A stretch of DNA of 49,346 bases, counting the filler, from Basidioascus undulatus (lineage: Eukaryota): assembly GCA_000826855.1 (NCBI GenBank). It is 2 parts of 2 records of this genome, joined end to end, with 100 filler letters (N's around TTAATTAATTAA, not from the genome) between each part and the next. Parts side by side here need not be neighbours in the genome. Positions count along the whole stretch, not along the records: positions 1 to 30,077 come from JTLS01000430.1; positions 30,178 to 49,346 come from JTLS01000431.1. The stretch is one strand, 5' to 3'. Position numbers and translations under genes: made by a program. Shown here in pieces: positions 22,942-34,800 of the stretch. Below the pieces are notes generated by a model. That model worked only from the letters and a program-made list of their open reading frames with translations, ran no database searches and was not told where the DNA came from. Numbering within the stretch: the first letter of the stretch is position 1; the number at the start of each line of letters is the position of its first letter.

Positions 22942-24574
22942 TCAATGGACAACAGAGTAAACTTGGAAAGTGATGTTCTGGCTGCCGGGTACAAGAGTTT
23001 GAAGCGTGAAGTTGGGGACGGTGCGTGAGGTCTTTTCCGAAGAAATCCAAATCACACCTCGGGCCCTCACCGTAGAAGCGGGAATCGAAAATAACTCGGA
23101 AATGAACACAAGGAAGCCCAAGCGAAGGATAAGCTGAGAACGCGCCTTAGACGAGTCCTCGCCTGGGAAGACGCAAACGTTTTCATCAGTCTGCGCAGGC
23201 CAGGCACCTGCCGTGCAAGTAAAGGAGTCAAACGACACTCACTGCTTTTGATTTCCCCAACAGTGAGCTCTAGGAGACCGTTCTCCAACCTTCCCAAGCC
23301 CCGGGCATCAACCTCAAAACCATCCTTCCCGAGCTCGGCGCCGACGTTGAGACGCTGACGGACGGCGGCAGCGATGAGAGTAAAGGTCTTTTTGTCGTTG
23401 CCCTGCTTCAGGATCTCGCTCTCGACGCGGCTCCTATTGAAGTTGAACGTGAGCCAACGGATGCTCTGGTCCAAGGAGTAAGGAGGACTATTCCTTACGA
23501 GTTGTTCATCCTCAGCCATTTATTCAATTGCTGGCCCATCTGCAACGGGGGCTGAAAGCCTCTCACACCGGCTTTGCCTTCGAGGTATCGCAGGGCATCA
23601 TCCAGGAGGGTCTGTAGAAGGCAAAAAATTAGCTGGAGCCGACTCTGCGGTTTCGACTCTAGGAGAAGGATGTTTACCGTGTCCGACAACAGCTTTTGCG
23701 CAACAAGCGAGCGCACGCCGTGGAACACCTCTTCCGCCCAAAGGTCCGCAGCGTTGGGCGGCACTGGCTGAAAAAGACTGTGGTTATGAGGCGATACGGT
23801 GTACTTGTCAATCACTGTATCATAAGACAAGCGGGATATACGCACTACCGCACGTCCCAAAGCACAGCGTCAGGAGACGAGTTTACTGCTTTCTCAAAGA
23901 GGCTACACCAAGAATGTGGCGTAGTATGCCATCAGTCATTGCACAAGGCCAGGTAAACGGGAAAGAAGGAAGAGGGAAGCGCACTAGAAGACGTCCTTCC
24001 ATTTGGCCCACATTGTCCCAACCATGTTCGGGTATCCAAGATATCCATCCACCGTAGGAGGGCGCCGAACCCACTGCTTCCACTGCAAGCTGACCTTCCT
24101 CTGGCTTTTAGCGATTTGAGATCGCAGGTCCGCAGAGATATAGTGCCGCAGCCATCGACATGCCTGGAAGAAAGGGTCGAAATGCGAGAAGAGCACCTCC
24201 TCAAGCACAAGGGGACGGATCGTGCGGAAGGCCCATTTGCCAAGGTCGATCAACAGCAGGCATACGAAGGCACAGGCAAGGAAGAAAAGTTCAAGGTAAA
24301 CGATCGGCGCAATGAGTGACACAGTGAAAATGGCCGCGACGCCGCGACCGAGGCCCTGCGTCCAGTCGCGACGGAAGAGGCCAAGCAGGACACCTATTAC
24401 CGCGAGGAGGAGGTAGCTACACGCGTAAATGGAGAACGCAGAGAGCCAAATTTTTTTGTCGAAGTATGGCTTGCAGAGGTCCTGACATTTCGATGTGGTG
24501 GCTACGGCCGCATCCATAGCGGCGGACAGAACGCCCAATGCGGCGTCCATCGCGGCGGCCAACACGGCGGCCAT
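22942..24574 (-). CDS. About 423 aa, 6-exon protein: two N-terminal TM helices plus C-terminal PD-(D/E)xK nuclease-like domain
   Basis: Introns 23903-23984, 23778-23845, 23612-23677, 23434-23498 and 23163-23242 are all GT..AG; exons total 1272 nt with no internal stop. Hydrophobic IWLSAFSIYACSYLLLAVIGVLLGLF and VAAIFTVSLIAPIVYLELFFLACAFVCLLLI. C-terminal FEVDARG..LELTVGEIKSSEDSSKARSQLILRL..RGVIWI. Confidence 0.75.
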
Positions 24575-26023
24575 GAAGGAGGCGTTCTGGCAAAGGAGGG
24601 GAGATTGGGCGATGTAGATACCGAATTGATGGGGAATCGATCGACGATATATGCCTTGCGCGAGGGCAAAACCCGAGAGAGAATACGAGTGAGAGTCGAT
24701 AGTGCAGAGAATCGAAAGCCAACGAAAGCCTTGGCAGAAAGGGGAACTCGAGGAGAGTGAGACGGTAAAGAGCAAAAGGATAAGGGGTTCGAGGGGTCGA
24801 GTGGTCAAGGAATAGCAAGGAGGAACAGCATGGTGAACACTTGGGAACCTCGTGGTGCGACGATACACGGCATAATTTGTGTCACCGGCTGTGTCGCTGC
24901 CGCTTTCTTTGTCCGACTTTCTTTGTTCTCGGAGCCTCATCGCAGGCTGACCGTTCTCCGCCCCTTTCTGATAGTCATCATCTTCTTTTTAAGCTTATCT
25001 GCAAGTTCCTTGAACGGGGCCAGACCATAAACGGCAGGACCGAGCGTTCGCGCGGGAGCTCGCTGTGTTTGCCAGTCAGTTCGAACCCTCGCTCGTTCAC
25101 GCCACTGAGGGGAGAACAGTTCTGCTCGGCTGTAGTTTGGGTAGATTACCATTAGTTCTACCGCAAATCTGTATGGATGGCAGGACACATGACACTGAGG
25201 TCGATGTGGAAGTCGGACGGGTTGGCGAGATACTACATGATGGGCTGCATATATCGAACTCCAAGCCTAGATATCAAGACGCAGGCACCCAAAAATTTCA
25301 AACGCTGCTCAACCCTTCTCAATTCAGCCCCGAGGCATTGGGTTGCTCGTGAGAAGCAAGAACACAGGCACGGGTGGCTGCGGCAAACCCGCAGACGTTC
25401 ACGTTCAAAGCGCCTTGTGATCGGCACCGGTTGACCTCTGGCGGATCCAAGCAGATCAGATTTGAAATTTGCTTCATAAGGAATCAATAAAGCCACGAGT
25501 CTGGAGGTGATGTGCAACAAGTTTGACAAGTCATTGTCTGTCCTTACAGAGGCACGAGTATGCATCACCGTAGCCACGCACACTTGTCTGTGCCGCCTCC
25601 CCCCGCTTCCATACTTGACAAACGTTTTGTGGGACACCAACGCTATCCATTACCGTGCCGCATTAACTTATTCCAGCTCTTCAAGTAGGCCCAGGCCCAA
25701 ACCCCTACCCCTCAACCCTCAGTCCCACTTGCAACAGCTTTCCTCTCCATTCCCATCCTTGCCCACAGCACAGTTCAAGGTCACACGCGCCCCCATAGCT
25801 ACCCCACAACTCACAGAAGCAGCCCCATACGCTTCCACCTCAGACCAGCGGCTCAGCCCCCAGCAAACACGCTCACAAACCCAAACGACCCCCGATCTTG
25901 GAATCCGAACTGGTATATATGTATATCCCCTCCCGCCCCCCCGAAAGAGTGGGCAAAGGTTATCGAAGCGAATAAAGCAAAGCAAGCACAGCGAAAGTCC
26001 ATCCCAACTGAAGCGAGGGCAGA

Positions 26024-28012
26024 TCACTTGCGCTTGTCGAACGCGTCCTGGAAGGACTTCCAGAGGACGGAGAAGAGACTGTTTGGATTGAGGGTTGATC
26101 AGTCGTGACACGGGAAGGGAGAAGAAAGGGAGAAGACGTACATGCCCTGCAGACCATTCGTCAAGATCCGAGCTGCCCGCCGCAAGCCGTATCAGTATCC
26201 TAACCAACCAACGCAAGCAGAGGGGTGGTAGGGGGGAAGGATGGGAAGGGAGGAAGGGAGGAAGACGTACTCTTCAGCCCCCGCCCGAACAGGCCCACCA
26301 CACCATCCTTGGCGACGACGTCCTTGACCGCCTGCGCGTACGACACGCGCACCTCGTTCGTCTGCCGGTACGTCTTGATGACGCGGAGCGAGTTGGAGAC
26401 GGAGTCGGAGACGACGGAGGCGGCGAAACCTATTCGACCATGCATACTCAGCCCTTTAGTTTCGGGGGGAGCGGAAGGGAAAGGAGGAGGGGAGGAAAGC
26501 AGGGGAGAGGAAGGTGAGACGCACCGATGACAGCTTGACGACCAAACTTCTTGAGCTTCTGCTCGGCGGGGGGGACGGGGATGGACTCTTGCACTGTATT
26601 GTTCCGATTGCCCTCATCCTCACATCAGCCACCGCGTTCTCCCGAGTACAGAAGAGGGAGTGGGAGAGAGTGGAAGGTTGTGGAGAAAGAGGAAGACGCA
26701 CGGAAGTTGTAAGTCGCGAACCAGGGGTAGTGGCCCGCGAAGGTCGCGGCGGCGGTGGCGGTGGCCTATGCGTTTCATCAAAATTGGCCCCGTCAGTCAG
26801 ACAGTTTATTAAGGAGGTAAGGGAAGAGGGTAGGCAGGGGAAGAGCGAGAAAGGAGGGAAGACGTACGCCGTAGAAGAGGGATTGGGGACCTGGTTTGAA
26901 TGATTTTCGAGAAGGCGGGTTCAAATAAGTAAGAGGTTCGCGTGATTAGGCTAGGAATGCATGGTTGTGTCGAAAGAGAAGACGCTGAAATGCAGTCGCC
27001 GTCGCCTTCCACCATCACGTGCTGTCTCCCCTGGGTCGTTGCGCAATACCCCACCGCCTCCATCTTCATCTCCCATCTCGAGGAGGACCACCCTATAAAG
27101 CGAGCAAGGGAAGACAGCGAAACGAAAGGAGGGAGAAAACGCACCATTCACCCGAATGCGCTCCTTCAGAATGCGCGTCCCTTCCTTGCCCTGCGTCTGT
27201 AGCGTCGTCTTCAACTGCATTCCGCGTCCACCATTCACCCATCCCCCATCCTGCATCAGCACCCTCCATCTGTCTCCTCTCCTCCCCTCTCTCTCGGACG
27301 CACAGTGTCAATGGGCGTGAGCAGCATCCTAAAGCACGCGCTCGCGGCAGACGCGCCGATCGTCTTGACTGCCACGGGCAGGGACTTGGCCGTCTCGTTC
27401 GAGTCGAGGAAGGCGAGGATGCCCGCGTTCGCGGCGGTGTCGCCGAAGCGGGAGACGGGGCCCTGGATCAGGGCGGGGGCGATACCGCGGTCTGTCGAAA
27501 GGGGGGCGGGGCTGTCAATCTTCAAACATAGCGCAGTGAAGGCAGGGGAGAAGGGGTGAGGGGAGATGGGGAAAGAAGGGGACGGGGACGGGGAGGAAGT
27601 GGGGGAAATGGGAGATGGGACGGACAGAAACGGAAGATCCCCCCGTCGCGGTAGAGCGTCTTGAGCGCCTCGGTCGTTCCCATTCCATAGCGGTATTGGT
27701 AGTTCTGTGTTCGGGGCCAATCGTGAGGAGGAAGAAGGCAGGGGAGATGGGAGATCGAAGAAGGCAGATGGGAGACGGACCATCGTAGTCCGCAGCGGCA
27801 TGAGCGTCGCTACTTGGACGACCATCGCCGCGGCGCCTGATCACCCGCGCATCCCATCCCACATCAGTCCACTCCAACCCAGAACACAGGATGCATAAGG
27901 CTGGAAGGGGAAGAAAGGACAGACCGGAAACACCGCCCCCGAGCGCGCGCTTGAGCGCCTTGTCGAGGTCGAACTGGGGCTTGGCTGCAGGTGCGGCGGT
28001 AGTGCTAGCCAT
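26024..28012 (-). CDS. Mitochondrial carrier family (SLC25) protein, multi-exon
   Basis: Three carrier repeats: LMPLRTTMNYQY, LTPIDTLKTTLQ, SNSLRVIKTYRQ; also YRGIAPAL and GLFGRGLKTRILTNGLQG. Starts MASTTAAPAAK, ends FQDAFDKRK*. Confidence 0.92.
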
Positions 28013-28581
28013 TTTGTTGTTTGTCGTTACGCGATGCGTAGGGGGTGGGTGGAGGGGGATTGAGGGATGTGGGAGGAGGGCAAGGGAGCGTGTGTGCGTT
28101 GCGCAGCGAGTGACGAGGGGTGGAATGGAGATTGCAACACCGGGCGCTGAGGGCGTACTCGGCTGTGTGTTGGGATTGCCTGGGTGGGTGGGTGATTGCA
28201 AGTTGAAACGAAATGAGGCTAAGCTAATAGGCCGCTAGCCCGTTTGGTCCCGGGATGAGTGTGCTCCGGTGGAGGGAGGGTGATTGAGAGAGCCGAACAT
28301 CCCCGGTGTGATAGAGGAGGAGGTGTTGGCGAGCAAGTTGGAGGCGTCTTCTCGCTTCGGGCAGTGTGGGCCGGGCCGGACAGAGCCGCTTTCGCCCGCC
28401 CGCCCGTGTGTCTTCTTTTGCCCGACGTCTTCTCTCCCCGCTCGCCCGCCCGCGGATCACGGAACCCGAATCCGAATCCGAGTCTCTCGCATCCCCACAG
28501 CAAGCGTCTTCCTTCTCTCTCCCTTCCTCTTTCCCCTCTGCACCCCCTCGTCGTTGGACCCCCGCGCTCCCCATCACACCC

Positions 28582-30008
28582 ATGTTCGCCCTCGCCCCCG
28601 CCTCCTCCTCCGCCTCGCGCACCCTCCGCCTCCGCGCGTCCAACGCCGCCCGCGCCTTCTCCGTCGCTGCCAACACTGCGTCCTCCCCCGCTGTCCGCAC
28701 CCGCGGCGCCCTCCCCCGCACGTCCCTCGCTGCCTCCCACGCCCGCGCGAGCAACGTCCTCCGCGCTGCTGGTGCCATGGCTTTCTCCCGCAGTGCGTCT
28801 TCCTCCTGCCTTCTTATCTCCCCTTCCTTTCCCTCCCCATTCCCCATCCCCCATCTCCGTCTCTCCCTCTTCTTCCATCTCCTTGATCTTCGGCCTTGAT
28901 CGCGTGCTGAGATGGGATTGGATGGTGGGGTCAGACGCCTCCACCGACGCGCGCATCCAGGTCGCGAACCCCGTCGTCGAGCTCGACGGCGACGAGATGA
29001 CGCGCGTCATCTGGAAGAAGATCCGCGAGGAGCTCATCCTTCCCTACGTCAACCTCGACATCAAGTACTACGACCTGGGGATTGAGGCGCGCGATGCGAC
29101 CAACGACCAGGTCACCGTCGACGCGGCCGAGGCCATCCTCAAGTACAATGTCGGCATCAAGTGCGCTACTATCACGCCCGACGAGGCGCGCGTGAAGGGT
29201 CCGTTCTGCGTCCTCTCTCCCCAGCGCACACTGACATCCCAATGCGGATGCGGTAGAGTTCTCCCTCAAGCAGATGTGGCGTTCCCCGAACGGCACGATC
29301 CGCAACATCGTCGGCGGCACCGTCTTCCGCGAGCCCATCATCCTCGAGAAGATCCCCAAGCCCATCCCCGGCTGGAAGAAGCCGATCGTCATTGGTCGGC
29401 ACGCATTCGGCGACCAGGTGCGTCTCTCCCTTCCCCATCTCCTTTTCCTTTGCCCCCATCTCCTCCTCCCTTCCCTTCCGCCCTTCCTCCCCGAAGAAGG
29501 AGGCTGACTGTGGGGGGTGCAGTACCGCTCCACCGACCTCATCGCCCCCGGTCCCGGAAAGCTCGAGCTCGTGTACACGCCCTCGCAGGGCGGGGAGGTG
29601 CAGAAGTACGAGGTGTACGAGTTCAAGGGCGCGGGCGTCGCGATGGCCATGTACAACCACGACGATTCCATCAGCGGCTTCGCCCACTCGAGCTTCCAGA
29701 TGGCGCTCGCGAAGAAGATGCCGCTTTATTTGAGCACGAAGAACACTATTCTCAAGTGCGTTTTCCCACCATCTTTCTCCCTTCCCCACCTTCTCTACCT
29801 TCATCCTTCATCCTCCCTTTACACTTTCTCCCGATATCGCTGGGTACCTGAAGTTTGGGAACTGAAGATGGAAGGAAGATGAAGGAGATGAAGCTGACTG
29901 GGATGCGGGAGGGACACAGGAAGTACGACGGCCGCTTCAAGGACATTTTTGCCGAGGTGTACGAGAAGAACTACAAGAAGGACTTTGAGGCTGCCGGGCT
30001 GTGGTACG
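28582..30008 (+). CDS. IDP1: NADP-dependent isocitrate dehydrogenase, mitochondrial precursor (3' truncated by gap)
   Basis: Arg/Ala/Ser-rich presequence, then [71 protein letters not shown]. Breaks off after GLWY. Confidence 0.96.
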
Positions 30009-30077
30009 GTGCGTGCACTTTCCCCTTCCCCTCCAATCACCCCTGGCCTTCCCATCCCCCCTTCCCCCCCCCCCCCC

Positions 30078-30177
30078 NNNNNNNNNNNNNNNNNNNNNNN
30101 NNNNNNNNNNNNNNNNNNNNNTTAATTAATTAANNNNNNNNNNNNNNNNNNNNNNNNNNNNNNNNNNNNNNNNNNNN
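30078..30177. other. Assembly spacer N44-TTAATTAATTAA-N44 (not biological)
   Basis: Symmetric 100-bp pad whose 12-mer has stops in all six frames. Genes on both sides are cut. Confidence 0.97.
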
Positions 30178-31867
30178 TGGGGAGGTGAAGGGGGAGGGGC
30201 GAAGTTGCACCGGGGGCGGGGGAGGAAGGAGCGGGCGCGGCGGACGACCCGCGCTGGGCGGCGCGCGGAGGAGCAGGCGGAGGGGGCGGCGGTGCGGCGC
30301 GGCAGGTCGGGCAGATGAAGGTGCCTGAGGGGCGCAGTTCAGAACACTGCGGGCGAATCAAGTGATAGAAAAGTGATGGTGCACCTTTGGGAGGTTTGAG
30401 GAGCGGTGGGTCGAGGCAGCCTGTCGAAGACGCGGGGCAGCGATAGTGAGCGACGACCGGACACGCGCGCCGGAGGGTTGAGCGCGAATCTCACCCATGT
30501 GCCAGCCCCTAAGCCGCGCGTACTCTCCTTCAGCATCCCACATCGAAACGCGGTAGAACAGAAGACACGCACCGATCACAATGATCGCAGAACAGGATGC
30601 TCGACTGTGATATCGGGAGCGTGAGAGGTGCGTCAGCCACGCATTTCCCGTCACGTGACACAAATACGTTTGAGATTGAGGATGAGGACAAGGAAAAAGA
30701 CACGCACGTCGTCGCCCTTGTCGCCGCAGACTTCGCACGTCTTGCAGTCGAAGCATTCCCAGTCGTAGGTGCGGATGTTGAACGTGATCTCGGGCGTGAG
30801 TTGGAGGCAGGTTGGGTGGCCTGCGGGGAGAGTGTGAGTCAGAAACAGACGGTAGAGTGCGAAGAAAGATAAAATAGAGGATTATTGCGACGACGGACCG
30901 GAGGAGCCACACTTGGTGCACGATATCTGCAAGGAACGGCATGAGGGCGAGACGGAGGAAGTACGAGAGGCAAGCCAGACTCACGAGCTGCTCCATCCTG
31001 CCCGTCTTCTTGTTCAACATCCGATCCCCATCGCAATAAGCGCACTTCTTGTCGCCCTTCACATGGCGCTCCTTCTCCGCCCGGCGCCTCTCCTTCTCCG
31101 TCTCCTTCTCGAATGGGTTCTTCGGCGGGCGTCCCAGCTTCTTCGGCGGCTCCTTTGCGGGGCTGCGCGAGCCGAGCCAGTCCGTCTTGGGCGGCGCAGC
31201 GCGGAGGGCGCGCTTGCCGTCGTGCGGCGGAGAGGGTGAGCGGACGAAAGCTGGTACACCCGCTGCGGAGGAAGAGGTGGTGTTGGAAGAGTGGTAAGAT
31301 GTGAGGAGCGCGCGGGCCGCGGCTGCTTCGGGCGTCTCCGCGTAGGGGGCTGGCTCGGGAAAGGCCGCGAAGGGGGACTGTGCGGAGAACGGGGACGGGG
31401 CTGCCTCTGGGGCGGGGGAGAAGGGCGAGTGGGAGGGAGCTGGGGGCGCGTAGGCCGGGTGGTAGGACGGGGAGTGCACGGGTTGCGCGGGGAACATGGG
31501 TGAGGCGGCGGGGGGCATGAATGGTGATGGCGCTTGGAGAAACGGCGACGGCGCCGAGCGCTGTGTGGAAAGGAAAGGATTGTTTAGTACCCAGTGCGAG
31601 CGTAATTTGGGACATTCGAGTAGGCATCTCCCTCGACGCGTCCAACGCCAGACCCAAAGCGCGCGTAGCTCCGTCTGCTTTGCCTTGTACACTCTCCATC
31701 GCGCATTTGATACAATACATAAGACATATTGCACTCACCTGGGCCAGCAATGGATCAAAAAACACGCCATGCCCCTGCTGCCCCTGTCCCTGCGCCTGCT
31801 GGTCGCCGGTGCCGTTCGACCACGCGTCGGCGCCGCCCGCTAGGCTCGGGTCGATCGCAAACTCCAT
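30178..31867 (-). CDS. DPF-type double PHD finger chromatin protein with AT-hook-like motif (3' truncated by gap)
   Basis: Spliced CAYC..[88 protein letters not shown] lies upstream; Pro-rich N-terminus. Confidence 0.88.
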
Positions 31868-34800
31868 ACTCGTCGCGGTGGCGTGTCGTTGCGATGTTCA
31901 AAATACGAAAGACCGCCGTATGTGAATTGGGTGATGATGGTGCTGGCTAAATGCGTTACGTTCGATGTCGGCGGCGAAAGAGTCGCGAGGGGGGAACACG
32001 AAGACGCTCCCTCGGGCTCGAGATGGCTTAGTCAGCACTACACCTTGCTTTGGGACGCGTACCGGACGCGACGCGATTCCTGCACAATTTCTCCGGTCTA
32101 CTTTCCGCAACGCACTCAAAAAACAGACTGTGGCCGTTCGTAATCCGTGCAGGCTCCGCGATCTGGAATTATAAAGCCCCAACCTGCATAATAGTGCACC
32201 TGGGTGGTCAACTCGCAGCGAGCGAGAGCGCGGTAACGTCCAGGAAAGTGGCTGCAGCTTGCAATTCTGCAGGAGCGCAGGAGGCCAAGGGCAGTCCGAT
32301 CACCTCGTGTCAGATACCGGAGGAGGTGTTGAGGGTCAGCGCGAATCCGGACTGCGTCTTCTCTTAGAGATCCACGTGTTGACAATCGCACAGGTTCCTA
32401 GCTTCGCGAACAAGGCGCAGTCTGGTGTCGGGTTACCACTGAGTTGTCCATCGCAAATATCACAAAGTTTATCTGGGCGCACATAATGGAAACATCCAAC
32501 AGCACAGCCGCGTCAATTCTCAATAGCTGGAGAACAGAGAGCGCGAGGTCCCCCTATCCATCGAATGACTCTTCTGTCGTACTGGGCAGGCTAGTCAGCA
32601 CAAAAATACCTTCCAAACCTCAAGGATGAAGGTGATGAGCTCGCTGGGCGTCAATTGGCGCCTCGGCCTCGGCATGGCACGATGCCGCAAGCGGGGTGAG
32701 GGCGACGCTTCTACTGGTGATATTCCTTTGCAAGCTGGAAAATACAATGATGTATGAAGCGGGAATGGATCAGCAAAGCCTAGTCATAGTTATCATTCAC
32801 AAAGATTTACAGCTGTACACGCTGACTGCTGTTCCACCCACGGCCATATGCTTCCTCCAGTCTGCATACTTCGTCGAACAATCAGCAGTCTTCATGAAAA
32901 TCAGATATTTTTCGAAAAACAATTTCGTGGTACGTGGGCCAAACGCTCATCAGCAAGATCACAAATCGATAAGACTCCGGTTGGCACGCTTCTTTTGCGA
33001 GCACCCTGGTGACAGGCTTGATCAGAGACGCGTTCGAACGACCGACGTACTGTATTCTTACTTCTTAGTCCAAAGGAGCAAAGACAGCTTGACTCTAGGA
33101 CGAGGCCACTCCGTGGCTATCCGCCGCGAGCACATGTGCATCGGTTCACCTTTCACGAAACTTGTGTTCCCCATTGTGTCTGTTGTGTCTGTCATGATGG
33201 CAATATCGCTGAGCAGGGAATTCCCGTCGTCCAATGTGTCTCCCACCTGTAGCTGTATTATCGGCGCTTCCGGTATGCTATGAAGGACAACCGGACAACC
33301 AAAGCGAGATGATCGAAGGTGTTGTTTGTTTGGGGAGAGTACGTTCCTTTTCCCGTTTCCAGAATTGTCATATACTGGACACAAAGCGGTTAAAGAAATG
33401 AATGTATGATTGGGAAAGTTCAACCGCTGGAATACAGGGAATACATCGCCCCTCTGCCTCCCTGCTGCTCGACACAATGCCTAGCAGGAAAGGAAGCAAC
33501 GGACGGACGAGACAGGAGCTCGTACTCAAAGTGGTAGTCGGGCTTAGTTGCCTGTAGGTCCTATCTGTGAGCGGTGGTACCGGAGTACGCCTGCCGACGG
33601 GTTGGCTGAGCTATGGCAGAAGCAAGAGGCAGTGCGGCAAGAAAGCTGGCCCTGCGACAAATAAGATGACATCTGGGAGGCTCGAGCAACTCATAATCTG
33701 TTCGAGATCCTTAATGAAAACCCCATTTTACTGGCTTGTATCCTTCGCCGAAATGATAGTTCATAGCGAGGATGAAGGTGTCGCAGTGAGAGTCCACGAG
33801 ACATGCCATGTCAGTCAAGCTCCATGCCCCGAGGGGATGAGGGTCGCATCTGGTCCGGAGACTGTCAGAGCGATTTGGAACTTCTTCATCCGATTGAGGA
33901 AGAAGACAAGGCAATCGCGCTGAGCTTGAATAAGCAGCGGGAGGGACTGCGACTGCGACAGCTGAGATAGCGATCGTGAGCTTGTCCGCTTCGGGGCGGG
34001 GGCACATGTCTTGTAACTCCCTCAAATGTAGAAGACGGATAAGAGAGAAGATGGAATAATTTCCAATAAGTTCCCGAGCTTGACCAGCGCTTCGCAAAAC
34101 ACTTCAGACCCCTCTGCCTACTTTCAACTCTATGCGTAGCGAGCACTGCGTGGATCGTTGTAAGGTGCGACTGTAGTTGCACGTAGCTCTTTTGCAGTAA
34201 ATCTAGTATAAATTACGTGGTTCTCGTCCCTTTATGTGCTTTCCCTGTCAGTCTCAATTCGCGCGGAGGTCGAAGGAAGACTCTGGCTGGACTTTCTCTG
34301 GCTCAGTTGACCCCTCACAAGGCGACACCCGGTCGCCACTCTGTCCTTTCGCCTTCAGATAGATTCATTATAATTTCTTTATTCTATGTTATCAGATCCT
34401 TACCGCTTCAAATTACACACAGACTTGATATCTGATGTGTGCGTTTGTCTGTGTACAGCTACGCAGCTGTGGTCGCCCAGACGGTTGTTTCGAGCAGGAT
34501 GGTAGTGAGTGGGAAGAAATAAGCCTGAATCATGTGGGATTATCGAGCATTGGACTAGATTGTACTGAACCTCAGGTCGAGTGCCGATACGAGAGGAATA
34601 ATCATGTCGGTCCATTTATGAGCTCTACGGTTTGGAGCGGATCCGCACCGGGCCAACATATTCACTGGAGCTTGACCCTGGCACTGCCTATATTATGAAA
34701 TCTTAAGGTCCCAGAACACTTTCTGTGTTCCCCGTAAGCAAACTCATGATGAGCTTTGAGGAAGGCGCGATGGCTGTACTCTGGCTGTTGTGACCCTGCA

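Noticed and set aside
24575..24940. 122-codon in-frame extension upstream of the TM-nuclease ATG
   Set aside because: Largely pyrimidine-rich, promoter/5'UTR-like sequence; I chose ATG 24574, but an upstream start is not excluded.
28259..29851. 530-aa ORF suggesting a Pro-rich IDH fusion
   Set aside because: Only the part matching IDH exon 2 is real; the rest is promoter, introns and out-of-frame exons.
30122..30133. TTAATTAATTAA palindrome as a regulatory or insertion site
   Set aside because: Centred in a symmetric N pad; standard all-frame-stop assembly linker.
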